From positions 5,195,546 to 5,259,545 of the forward strand of contig MU060767.1 in the NCBI GenBank assembly GCA_013265495.1: a stretch of DNA of 64,000 bases. The letters run 5' to 3'. The DNA is from Vicugna vicugna (taxonomy: Eukaryota). The translations under genes and the position numbers were made by a program. The notes beneath the pieces were generated by a model that saw only the letters and a program-made list of their open reading frames with translations, did not search any database and was not told the origin of the DNA. Each line of letters begins with the position of its first letter. The first letter of the stretch is position 1. Positions 1-15,731 of this stretch are shown in pieces.

Positions 1-351
1 GAGTAGGTGCTTACGCCTTGCTCACGGGAGCTCACAGGCTAAGGGGATTTGAGTAACCACCATCCTGGTAGGTGTATAAGACTCTTCCTCCAGCTTTGCC
101 CCAGTCCAGCTTGCTTGGATGAGCCTGCTGGAGGGGTAGGCAGTGGGATGGAGGTAAGAGGGCAGATGAAGAAGACCTGGCATCAGGTTCTGGGCCCATC
201 AAGTGCCGGGCAAAGACAGTGTGGCGCACAGGGCCTGCTGGTCCTCATGCCACACTCACTCATGTTGGCCTCCATATGCCTTTCTGTGTCCCCAGAAGTC
301 AACAGTGTGGGGAGTTGGAGTGATCCAGCTGGATGTGACCCCCAGAACAGA

Positions 352-3300
352 ATGGTGCTGGACTCAGGGGCTCAGGTGTATGAGCAGACTCCCCCCAGCC
401 CGCCAGCCAGTCCCTCATCCTTGGGCCGTAGGCTGAAGCCCTCAGACCAAAATGGGACAGCACTGTACCCCTGGCCTCAGTCTCTGGCCTTGCCCCAGGC
501 TGTGTCTGTCCCCTCAGCCCTCCGGCCCAGGCCTGAGCTGCAGCCCTTCTCAAAGCTGGACTTGGGCCACCAAGGCCACATGCGTCGCAGTGAGAGCACC
601 TACACCATAAACAGTGCTGGTCGGCGGGGGAGCGGCACCCAGGGCCGGGCCCCACCTGGACGAGGCCGGAACCCAGGTGGGGGCACCCTGCGGTCTGCGG
701 CCTCCCTGCCTCACATTGCTAAGACTCGAAAGGATGCAGGCCGTGGTGCCAGCAAGAGCCCCTGCATGTTGGTGGCTCTGCGGCCAACCAACATGGACTA
801 TGAGCGGGACAAGTTCTTCCAGTCCCAGTACACCTACAATCCACAGTTCGAGTACCAGGAGCCCATGCCTACGGCTGTGCTGGAGAAGTACTGTGAGGCC
901 TCTGGACAGTTCATCCATCAGGTCAGTCCAGATTGCCCACCTCACCCTGGCTCTGACCATCTGAGAGACTTCACCTTACCCACTACTGTGGCCCTTTGTG
1001 CAGGCAGTTGGCATCATTGAGGCTGTCCTGGAGAAGTTTGGCACCTATGAACACTTTGAGGCTGCGACTGGGGGCCAGCTGCTGACCAAGTGCCAGATCT
1101 GGTCCATTGTGCGCAAATACATGCAGAAGGAGGGCTGTGTCGGGGAGGTGAGCTTGCCCTGCCTGTGAGACCCCTTTTCCACATGCCCCAAACCAGGCTG
1201 CCAAGTTGGCAGTGCTAGGCCCAGCTCCACACTGTTGGAGCTAGTGACCACAGGCAAGCCCATGTCCCTGTCCCTGTCCCTGTCCCTGCCCCAGGAAGGT
1301 GGGAGCTGCCACTGAGCAGAGGTGGGAAAGGGTGGGAGTCCTGGCCAAGTGTCCAACCTGGCTTCCCTGTGACATCAGTGGGTCTACCTGCACACTGGCC
1401 CCAGAGCTGGTGTCCATGGTTCAGGGCACTGTCACTTACAGGTTGTGGTGCAGCTGAGTGAGGACCTGCTGTCCCAGGCAGTGATGATGGTGGAGAACAG
1501 CCGACCAACATTGGCCATCAACCTGACTGGAGCCCGCCAGTATTGGTTGGAGGGCATGCTGCGGCATGAGATAGGTCAGAGTATGGGTAGGTGGGTGGGT
1601 GTGTAGGGGTGAGATGGGGTTGGGACATGGGGGGCAGTGAGGGGCTCCAGTAACCCCACCCCTTTTCTTTTTCCCCCTTCCATCCGGAGGACAGGCCCCT
1701 TCCCTTCGTGAGCAGCTACTTCCCTCTGGCTCACAGAGGTACATGCCTGCCCACTCTCTGGGCTCACTCTCATCTCTTGTTCCTTTTGGGTATCTTTTCT
1801 TCCCTCTACTTCCTCTTTGATTTCCTTTGACAGGGGGGCAAGACTGCTGAGGCCCAGAGAGGCCAGAGGGAGGACCCTAAGTGTCCCACTAGCCCAGCCA
1901 ACATGCAGGCCCTCCAGGGTGGGTGGAAGTTCAGATCCTGGGAATGAAATTGGCTGAAGACACACAGAGCTGGGTTTAGGAGGGGATAGACCAGGCTGGA
2001 AAGGAGAGCTTGGGACACTACTATTATTTTTTGCCTGGCCCTCCTCATCAGGAATCCTGTTGCTCTGGGCAAAAGGTGGTTTTTTGCTGGGGACATCAAC
2101 AGAATATGGGCATTGCCCAGGATGTGGGGCCAGGGAGGTATATGAGTTCCTGCTCCTTTCTAGGGGTTGGGGGGCAGTGTGAGTTTGGGAGAGGTGTGTG
2201 TGTGTATAGCCCTGGACAGGTGGGGGAGGATTCTTGCATGCGAGATTCTGAATCCTTGCATGTGAGTTCACCTGAGGAGGGTCTTCATGCTGCCTAGGGT
2301 TGGGTGAGTATGAGTTTGGGGTCGAGGGAACTTGCGTGAGAACCTGAGTTTAGGGGCATGAGGATAAGTGAGTCATCAGCTACAGGTCCAGCTGGGCATA
2401 GCAGGGCCCGGGCCAGGCAGGTGGGTCCCCTGGATGCCTGGCCAAGCGCAGCCTCCTACTCCCCTCAGGTACCCACTACCTTCGGGGTGTGAACAACGCG
2501 CGGCAGCCATGGCACAGCGCCGAGGGCCGGTTGCAGTACGGGCTGCGGCCAGCAAACCCCACCGAGGAGGGCCTGGCCAGCCTACACAGCGTGCTGTTCC
2601 GCAAGCAGCCCTTCCTGTGGCGCGCAGCGTTGCTCTACTACACCATCCACCGCGCTGCGCACATGTCCTTCCGTCAGCTCTTCCAGGACCTGGCACGCTA
2701 CGTGCAGGACGCGGATGTGCGCTGGGAGTACTGCGTGCGCGCCAAGCGTGGCCAGACAGACACTTCGCTGCCGGGTGGGCGCCCACGCTGGGGGGAGTGT
2801 CCTGATCTAGGGGGCAGAGGGTTAGGGTGGGGCTTCAGCCCAGGGCTTACCACCCTCCGGTATCCACAGGCTGCTTCAGCAAGGACCAGGTGTACCTAGA
2901 CGGCATAGTGCGCATTCTGCGGCATCGCCAGACCATCGATTTCCCACTACTGACCTCACTGGGCAAGGTGAGGGGCCACGGGCCTTCAGAAGTCCCAGCC
3001 AGCTCTCCCTATCACTTCACGATTCCCTGAGCCTCTAATTGGGTGCCAGGCCTCTCTGATTGGGGGAGTGTGGGTGGAGGTGAGCACAGGAGATGAAATG
3101 ACAGTCTGGCAGCCAATAGTAGAGACCCAGCCCACAGGTGTGTGTGTGTAGACACTGCATCTCAAAACAGGTGAGCCTTCCAGGCTAAGGGAACAGTCAG
3201 GAAGGCCTGGCCAAGGAGACTGAAGAAATGGCCAGGGACCAAGTCCCTGGCACTGGGTGTCTGTGCCAGACTGAGGAAGGTGTACTTCATCCAAAGCAGT

Positions 3301-4128
3301 GAGGAATCTGAGAGCTTTAAGCAGAAGAGTAGCACAGATGTTTGCTTTAGAAGGCTCCCTGTGGAAGGGGAGGCCCAGGGAAGGGAGTGCAGGGAGAAGA
3401 GGAGGAGGCTTTTCCAATCACTCTTGCAGAATTGATGGTAGTCTGGCCTAACCTCGCAGAGGCCATGCAGTTGGAGAGGGAGGGGCAAGCTGGAGAGATC
3501 TTCAGAGAGTGGAATCCTTTTTAACTGAGTGGCCACTCTGGGAGAGTGACAGATTCTAAGCCTCCTCCTTGGAATCGACCTAAGGAACTGTGAAGAGGGT
3601 GAGGCTGGCATAAGCTGGGACATAGGAATTCAGCATTGGATATGGGGAGTCTGAGGTGCCTGAGAGATAGCCAAGAGAAGGTGTTTGGAAGGCAGTTGGA
3701 TACCCAGGTTTGGCGGTGAGGGGGGAAGCTGGACTAGGGACAGGAGTGGGATTGTAGGGCACAGATAATAAAAGAAGGTATTAAGAGAAAGGGCAGATAC
3801 CTAGGACTGAGTCTCAGGGTACACAATGTTGGGAGTGGATCAGGAGGGCAGAGAGAGGAGTTCCAGGAGCACAGGGCTATGGGCTGTTGCAAGAGAGCTG
3901 GGAGCAGCTGCCTGAAAGCCTGGACATTCTGCCTACCCCTGAGGCCCAGCTTCCTTCCTGCAGGTGTCCTATGAAGATGTAGACCACCTTCGGCCCCATG
4001 GGGTGCTGGACAATACCCGGGTGCCCCACTTCATGCAGGACTTGGCGCGCTACCGGCAGCAGCTGGAGCACATCATGGCCACCAACCGGCTGGATGAGGC
4101 GGAGCTGGGCCGCCTGCTGCCTGACTGA
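352..4128 (+). CDS. MATCAP1: Microtubule-associated tyrosine carboxypeptidase 1 (KIAA0895L), 471 aa; join(352..921,1004..1147,1442..1574,2469..2774,2870..2967,3964..4128)
   Basis: Translation MVLDSGAQVYEQ...HEIGTH...GRLLPD* matches the remembered human KIAA0895L protein. All introns are GT-AG with consistent phase. Total 1416 nt. The HExxxH zinc motif (HEIG|TH) is split by intron 1575-2468. Confidence 0.97.
1264..1287. repeat. (GTCCCT)4 microsatellite in a MATCAP1 intron
   Basis: Four perfect hexamer copies read directly. Confidence 0.9.
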
Positions 4129-5504
4129 TGCTGGTTGAGGGCTATAAGTAGCAGACCTGGACAGAGAGGCTCTGGTCAGAGGGCTCCAGATCAGCCCCCA
4201 GAACATGAAGCTGGCTGCTCTGTGCTTCCAGAGCCTGGGTGTTTCTTGGGGAACAGGGAGGGCAGGAGCATCTTAGGAGGGACAAATGGCAACATTAGAG
4301 AGTTTGTGTCTTTTGCTGGCCTCACTGGGGCCTGAGGGCCAACAGCAGCATGTCAGGCAAACTAAGTCTGCCCCCCTACCTCCAGCTGTCTTTTGAGCAG
4401 AGAGAAAGCCTGGGGGCAGGAAGGAAGCTGAGCATGGATGGGGGTGGGGGTGATTTGGGAGTAGAAACTTATCCTTGCATGAGATGGCTTTGGGTGTCTG
4501 CATACTCCAGTCATTCCCCCCCCCACCTGGCCCCTTGGTGCTCCTTCAGCTTTCATGCTGTCTACCTCTCACTGGGTCCTGGTGGGGGTCTCCCTTCTCC
4601 TGGGGTGATTGCCTGAGTGTGAAGTCTTGGCTTTCACACAGACTCAAGGGGCAGGTATCCTGGCAGTAGAGACCCAGCTGGGCTGGGGTGTGCTTTCCAG
4701 CATTTTGCCTCTCCCACTGTCATGTATTTATTCCTTGTTTATGTGCTTTATTTCCTGGGGCCGGGAGGCAGCAGTTTCTGAAGGTTTGGTGGAGGGAACA
4801 GGGCTCCTCTGGAAGGCACCAACTGTTCCTAACTCCACTCTTAGCTCATACACATGTGCACATGCTCACGCACACACCCACAGGCCTTGTGAGTCGAGCC
4901 GAGAGCCCACTTGGCCCTGCCCTCACCCCCTGAACTGGCCTCCGCTGTCCCTGTCTTTGCCTACACACTCATAGATGGTGTTTGGCAGAGGCTGGCATAG
5001 TCTGGCAGCAGCCACAATCAAGCCTGAGGGGCAGGCCCCTAGTTGTTCCAAGCCCTGAGCCCTTCCTAGACCAGGAGTGGCATTGAGATGATTGTTGCTT
5101 TCAGTTTCACCTCAGAATCAGCTGTGTGAGGCTGACCCAGTCCCACTCCCACCCTTGGCCTTTATTTTTCCCATCTGAAAACTCGTGAATGCAGCTGAAA
5201 AGTACTTATTCATTTAGTCAGCGAATATGTATAAAGCACCTTCAATGTGCCAGTTAACTGGCCAGAACACGTACTGAGCTCCCAGTCCTTAGAGAAGCCA
5301 ATTAAAACAACAATTACAGTGAAGTGTGTGGGCTCTGTCTACCGAAGATCTCTTCCTCTTTCTCCTTATTTCACTTCCCGAGGCTGTGAGCTCTAGCATT
5401 CCCTAAGTGGAGAGAAGTCCCCCTTTCCTGGCTCTCTGTGCCAGACCCAGGGGCTTTCATGGACTGGGGCTGGTGACTGCACATGACCTCAAATGGTTCA
5501 TGAG

Positions 5505-5510
5505 AATAAA
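5505..5510 (+). terminator. Candidate MATCAP1 poly(A) signal AATAAA (alternative ATTAAA at 5301-5306)
   Basis: First canonical AATAAA downstream of the stop codon. The cleavage site cannot be seen. Confidence 0.55.
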
Positions 5511-5731
5511 AGGGCCTTGGAGCAGGGCCCAAGAGTGTGGCCCTTGTCCCACTGGGGACCTGGGTCTGGGATCTCCAGTGGTGCAGCTTGGGCTATTGAG
5601 GATGGAATGGGGCTGAAGAATGGGCCATGGGCACATGGCTGCCCAGATCACTGGGACTTAGAAGCACAGATCCACACCCTAGTTCCTGGGCAAAAATCTA
5701 GAATCACAGAGTCCAGGCTGACCCTCCAGAG

Positions 5732-5737
5732 TTTATT
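5732..5737 (-). terminator. Candidate NOL3 poly(A) signal AATAAA (distal alternative at 5161-5166)
   Basis: TTTATT on the + strand downstream of the NOL3 stop. Confidence 0.5.
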
Positions 5738-5850
5738 AACTTTCAGTGGTATTGGGCCAGGTGGAGCCTTGTTGGCATCTGACCCCACCAGGGCAGGATC
5801 CCAGATCCTATCCTGCCAGGGTGTAGAACAGCCTGACAGCGCTATGGCCT

Positions 5851-6711
5851 TCAGGAATCTAGAGACAACGGAAGGGGCGTGATCAGTCAGGTGGAGCCCT
5901 GACCTTCGCCCCCCAGGCCTCGCCCTCCCGCCAGGTTTGGGTAACCACACACCTTCAGACTCATCTCCTGCCTCGAAGTCAGGTTCCGGCTCCAGTTCCG
6001 GCTCTGGTTCTACCTCTGCCTCTGGCTCCGGATCCATTTGGGGTTCTAACTCCGGCTCAGCCCCTTCAGGGGCCTCAGCTTCTAGCTCCGGCTCGGGTTC
6101 CTCGAGGGTTCCAGAGTGCGCTGCCTCGGAGTCCTCAGGACCCCTGGTCTCATCAGAGTCTGAAGCTCTAGGTAGCCCAGGGCATGTGGTCCCTGAGCCG
6201 GCTGCCTCAGGCGTCCAGTGGCCTGGGCATGGAGGGTCGTAGCTTCGTTCCTGGTAGCCTGCGAAGGTGGGACTGCCTTAGGCTCAATTTACCCCACTGC
6301 GTTTTCCTCTGCACACGTGTGGTTCTTTTCCGCAGACCGCAACTCCGTGCCCCCACGCCCCTCCCCACGCCATGCGTCCTCCTTAGACCTAGGCCCCGCC
6401 CCCCCCATGCGCTCACCGGTGCCCACGTGCTGCCAGTCCCAGGCGGGGTCAGGCGCACGCATGGTACGCTGGGCGCAGCTGAGCAGCTCCTGGCAGGCGG
6501 CCTCGCCCTTACTCTGAACCAACAGCAGCAGGCGGCGCACCCTGCGCTCGGCGTCAGGCAACGCATCCAAAGCCTCGTACTCGGGCCCGGTGAGCACGCC
6601 GCGTGCCAGAAGCGCATCCAGCAGCAGCCCTGAGTCCGCCTGCAGTGTTTCGACTAAGCGTTTCCGCTCACGGTCGATCGTCTCTGATGGCCTCTCTTGC
6701 GCGTTGCCCAT
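5851..6711 (-). CDS. NOL3: Nucleolar protein 3 / apoptosis repressor with CARD (ARC), 202 aa; complement(join(5851..5858,5953..6258,6417..6711))
   Basis: [24 protein letters not shown] (CARD), followed by [15 protein letters not shown] and a P/E-rich tail ending EDS*. Kozak context CCCACCATGG with an acceptor 8 nt upstream. GT-AG introns in phase. Confidence 0.97.
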
Positions 6712-9019
6712 GGTGGGGGCTGCAGGGGAGGTGGGGGTAGATAGGTAGTGGAGGCCGGAGCTCCCCTGCCCTTGATTTCTTTCCCAGGGCCCCAGTTAAC
6801 ACCTGTGGCTGGGGTTTAATTTCACCTCGACCTCGGTGGCCGGCGGCCGGACAGTTCCGCGGCGGCACAGCGAAGGACTCATTCTCCAGCCTCTCTCGCC
6901 GCTTCTGTCTCCTCAGGCTTCTCCTTCGCTCCCTAAGTGTCTGCTGTGGCTCTCTTCTCCTCTACACTATCCCAGGAACCTCTAACAGCTCTCCTCAAAC
7001 AGGACTTCCTCCTGAGCCCCCACCACTTGCAGATTCCGCCATGGATTTAGACCTAGTTTATCCCAAACCAACTTCTATTTCCCAATCTGCTTCCTGAACT
7101 TAACGAGCAGAAAGACCTACGATTGATCCCGATACACACTCAGCTTGCATTCAAGTCCTTTCCAGGCTATCTGCTGAATATTTCTGTCAACCGCACCAGT
7201 TACTTAGTCTAGCCTTTCACTTCCAGCCTAGACTTTGCAGAGCCCCAAATCCCCCCCGCCAGAGCCCAAAGTGCTGAGAGCCTCCCCTGCTCCTCTCACC
7301 TGCTAGAGAAGTCCAGACCCCTCATCCTGACCTTGAGGTCCTTCTGTTTAGAACAGGCCCTGCCCCTGCCCCGCCCCCACCAATACCACCACCATGTTGT
7401 AACCCTGACGTGGTCTCACGATTTCACCTGGTTCTCTAATATCTGAGGAGGGATACTCCAGTCTTCGCTCTGACCAAGATCTCCTGACATCACCTGAGAC
7501 CAGACTATCTCCTTGCTGCCCTGGGAATGATTCACAGCCTTCATCTTGAAGTAGCTAGGGCCCAACTCATAAAAGCTACCAGCAAATGCCAAACTTTCAC
7601 TGTTTTCCTCCATGCACTGTCCCATTTTGAGAGACTGTCTCTACCAAACAGCAGGTGTTAGGCAGAAATTAATCTGCTTTGTTCACTTATTAACAAGGAC
7701 AATGGCCCACCTCCTTTTGGGTGGTCTGACCCAGGCAGCAAGGCCCCTGGCATTAAGGGGCAAATAGGTCAGGCCCTGGCCCACACCCTCTCTCAGCCCA
7801 TCTCCCCTGGCCTTCCGTTTGTCCATACAGCACCTCCTTCAGGGTCCCTCCTCTACCTCCTTACCTGGCTCTAGGTCTGGGAGAGCGAATTTGGTCCTAG
7901 TCCCCATCCTGCCTCCCAGGTCTCTCTCACTATCTGGTGTTGTGTTATGCCTCTCTGGTCATTGCACCCCTCCTAGCCATTCTGAAGTGTCAGCCCTTAC
8001 CCCAGGCCATGAGCAGGGACCAGAAATACCCTTTGTCTATCCATCGCCCTTCATGTCTCATCTGTGACAAATGCTGCTCCTCTCCTCTCACTGAGTCTCT
8101 ATCAGCATCTCTCTCAACCCCACCATGGTCACCTCACCTCCTATCACAGTCTGTCTGAGTACCTCTCACTCCCATCCCATCACCCCCACAGAATAGTGCC
8201 TCTGACAACTCCCTGGAGGTTGGGCTCTTGTCCCCATTTTACAAACAAGGAGACAGGCTCAGAGAGACTAAGTGACAGAATTGGAATCTGACTTGCTCCA
8301 GCCTGAACTACAATAGGTCTCCTGCCAAGCAGAATGTCAGCCATAACTACCTGTCGCCCGACCCCCACTGGCCATCAGAGAGAATCCAGACTATCTGGCC
8401 TGGCAGCTATAGTGACCTCCCACCCCATGGATGGCCAGGCTTTCCCCTACTTCCCTTCATCACTCAGTACGAGGAGAACTCGCTAAGCCCCTGGCACTTC
8501 CGAACCAGATGCTGTTCCCTAGGCCTGGAATACCCTTCTCTCCTTCCATGCTGTGGGCCCATCCTCCAAGACTCAGATGTCCCCTTGTCCACAACAACGC
8601 CTGAGTGTCTCAAAGGCAGAATGGTTCCTTCTCCTCTGCACCCCAGTGAACAGCATATACCCTCACTGACGTCACTGCACTGTATATACATGGACCCTCT
8701 GGCCTCTTTACCTGGGGCTTTCAAAGACAGCCCCTCCAATCACAGGTCCAGGAAGGGAGAGAGGACAGAACCTACTCTCTACAGGTGCAGAGAGGGAAGG
8801 GGCAGTTTATATTGGCCCTTCCTTCTCTCTCACTCCTCCCCTCGTTATTTTCACATTAGCCTCCTCCTCCCGTTATCCAAGTCTTGCCCTTTGTCCTGTT
8901 TGGACTGCAGAGACCCCAGCTGGTCTGGGTCCTCTGACACTAAATGCTCAGAAATGAATTCCGAATTTATGTCCTTCAATGGTCACAGCTCAGATTCTTC
9001 TTGGAGCACCAGGCAGCTC

Positions 9020-9600
9020 CAGGAGCGAGGCGGAGAGGAGGATCTCGGCCGCCCTTCCTACCTCGCTGCGCGCGTTCTTTTGCTAAGGAGCGAAGGTTGT
9101 GGGAAAGTGCCGGAGCCTTAGCGCTCGTGTGACCCCTTACATCCCCTCCACCCAGACCCAGTGCTAGAGTCCTGCGGAGGGGAGGGTCTCACAGACTTCC
9201 TTCGGGCGCGGCTGGTGGTGGTGGGGCGCGGATTTTGCCTAATGTCAGTCTCTCTTCCCTCCCCCAGCCGCAGGGGTGGGGCTCCCAGTCCGTGCCCTCC
9301 CGGCCGCCCCACTCACGGGTCGATCCTCGAGCCTCGGCGGGGCAGGAGGGGCCAGGAGATGACGAGGCAGAAAGGGCCGGGCGGGGTGGGGATGGGAGCA
9401 GCAGCTGCGGTGGGGCGGGGCGGCCAGTACTGCCGGGAACCGGGAAGGGGTGGGGAAAGGGGGGCGTTCTTATCCGGACGCGGGGAGGCAGGCCGCAGAG
9501 GCCGCGTACCGCCTGGGCACGTACACGTAGTGGGCTTTCCCTCTCTACCCCGCGCGCGCTGGGTGAGTCAGGGAGAACACAGTTCAGCTGGTGTCCCCAA
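9020..9600 (-). promoter_or_regulatory. CpG-rich distal promoter / candidate non-coding first exon(s) of NOL3
   Basis: High CpG density and GC boxes. Minus-strand donors CCC|GTGAGT (exon end 9317) and GAG|GTAGGA (exon end 9062). Tandem TACGTG at 9518-9529 and AP-1 TGAGTCA at 9564-9570. Confidence 0.6.
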
Positions 9601-10070
9601 ATACCCCAGCAATTCCCAGGCGTTTTACACCTACTCTCTCATCGACCCCTCTCTGCTTGTCACAGATAAGGCTCAGAGAACGAGACCAGCTTACGCAGGA
9701 TCACAGAGCGGATGCACTGCGGAGCTGGGTGTGACCCTAAAAGCCCCCTCTTCCCGGCGATCTCAGTGACCGCGCACCAGCCCTGCATCCAGACCCGGAG
9801 GACAGGGGCCTAAGCAGGAAAACTAGGGGCAGGCTCCTCAAGCACCTCCACTCTCCAGGGGTTCCTTGATAAAAGATTAAAGTTCTAGGATCTGGATGCT
9901 TCTTTGCCTTTTGGTTTTTGGGTTTTGTTTTTGTGTTTGGCTTTCTGGGTGTTTCCTTAAGCCTTGCTGCAGGTGGATGCTTCTTTGAATGCAAAATCGT
10001 CCCCTGCCATGACTTCTGTGCTCCCTGGCCAGTAGAGAAAAGAGACCAGAAACACAGAAAAAAACGCAAT

Positions 10071-10076
10071 TTTATG
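10071..10076 (-). terminator. Candidate non-canonical HSF4 poly(A) signal CATAAA
   Basis: About 140 nt after the stop and followed by a U/GU-rich tract. No AATAAA or ATTAAA was seen on the minus strand between the stop and 9600. Confidence 0.45.
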
Positions 10077-10212
10077 CAGGTCTCCATATTAGAAAGGGGC
10101 CTCCGAGTAGGAGGGCTTCACTCAGCCTCCACCTGGGGCTCAAGAAAGTGGCGCACAACGTGCTGCTGCCGACCAACCCCTCAGCCAGGCTGTCTTCCAG
10201 GTGGTGGGGGTT

Positions 10213-15120
<4,908 letters not shown>

Positions 15121-15395
15121 AGTGAAATCTTGAATGGGGGGCAGATAGGAGTGGGGTTGGGGGCGGGGAAAGGAGAAGCTGGCACCCTCCCGCCGAACCC
15201 TGGGTTGTTGTCATTCCAAAGATGGGAGTGCCCCGCCTCTGACCCCCCACAGCCACATCAGTAGAAACAGACGTTGAGGTCTGAGACTCTCCCACTTCTG
15301 TCCGGACCCCTTCCCTGGCCAATGTCGGTTCTCTGCCCTCCCCCTTGAGATCCGACACCGCCTTTCACAGGACGCTTGAGATTCTGCTTGATTTC

Positions 15396-15401
15396 TTTAT
15401 T
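15396..15401 (-). terminator. FBXL8 poly(A) signal AATAAA
   Basis: Only minus-strand AATAAA seen between the FBXL8 stop and the HSF4 ATG. Confidence 0.75.
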
Positions 15402-15731
15402 TCACACTCACCCTTAAGGCACGGCTTGCGCCAGTGCCCTCCCTTTCCCTATGCTGGGGCCGCCGAGCTAGCGCAAACTTTGCAGAGTGGGGTTGGAGGA
15501 GGGTGATCCTGGAAGGGTGGGGACAGTAGGTGTCTGCAGATATTGAGAGCGAGTGGACTCAGGGCGCTCGGAGCTAGTCCCTACGCCATCCCGTAGGCCC
15601 CAATCCTCAAGAGGCACAAAAAGCAACAGAGTTCTAAAGAAGCGGGCTAGCAGCTGGCGCGCCCCTGGGTAAACCCACGGAACATCTCAGAGGCCACATG
15701 TCCGCAAGGAGATTAAAGAGGATTTGTCCCA

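Noticed and set aside
49-351. 101-codon in-frame N-terminal extension of MATCAP1 in the ORF track
   Set aside because: It starts at a non-ATG codon and crosses a good acceptor at 295. An open stretch this long is plausible by chance in GC-rich DNA, and the ATG at 352 gives the expected 471 aa.
1576-2271. 231-aa antisense ORF filling MATCAP1 intron 3
   Set aside because: GTG start, low-complexity P/S-rich composition and no recognisable domain. About one ORF of this length is plausible by chance across six frames of 64 kb.
9161-9769. 202-aa plus-strand ORF in the NOL3 CpG island
   Set aside because: Stop codons are depleted by the very high GC content; the product is G/R-rich with no homology I recognise.
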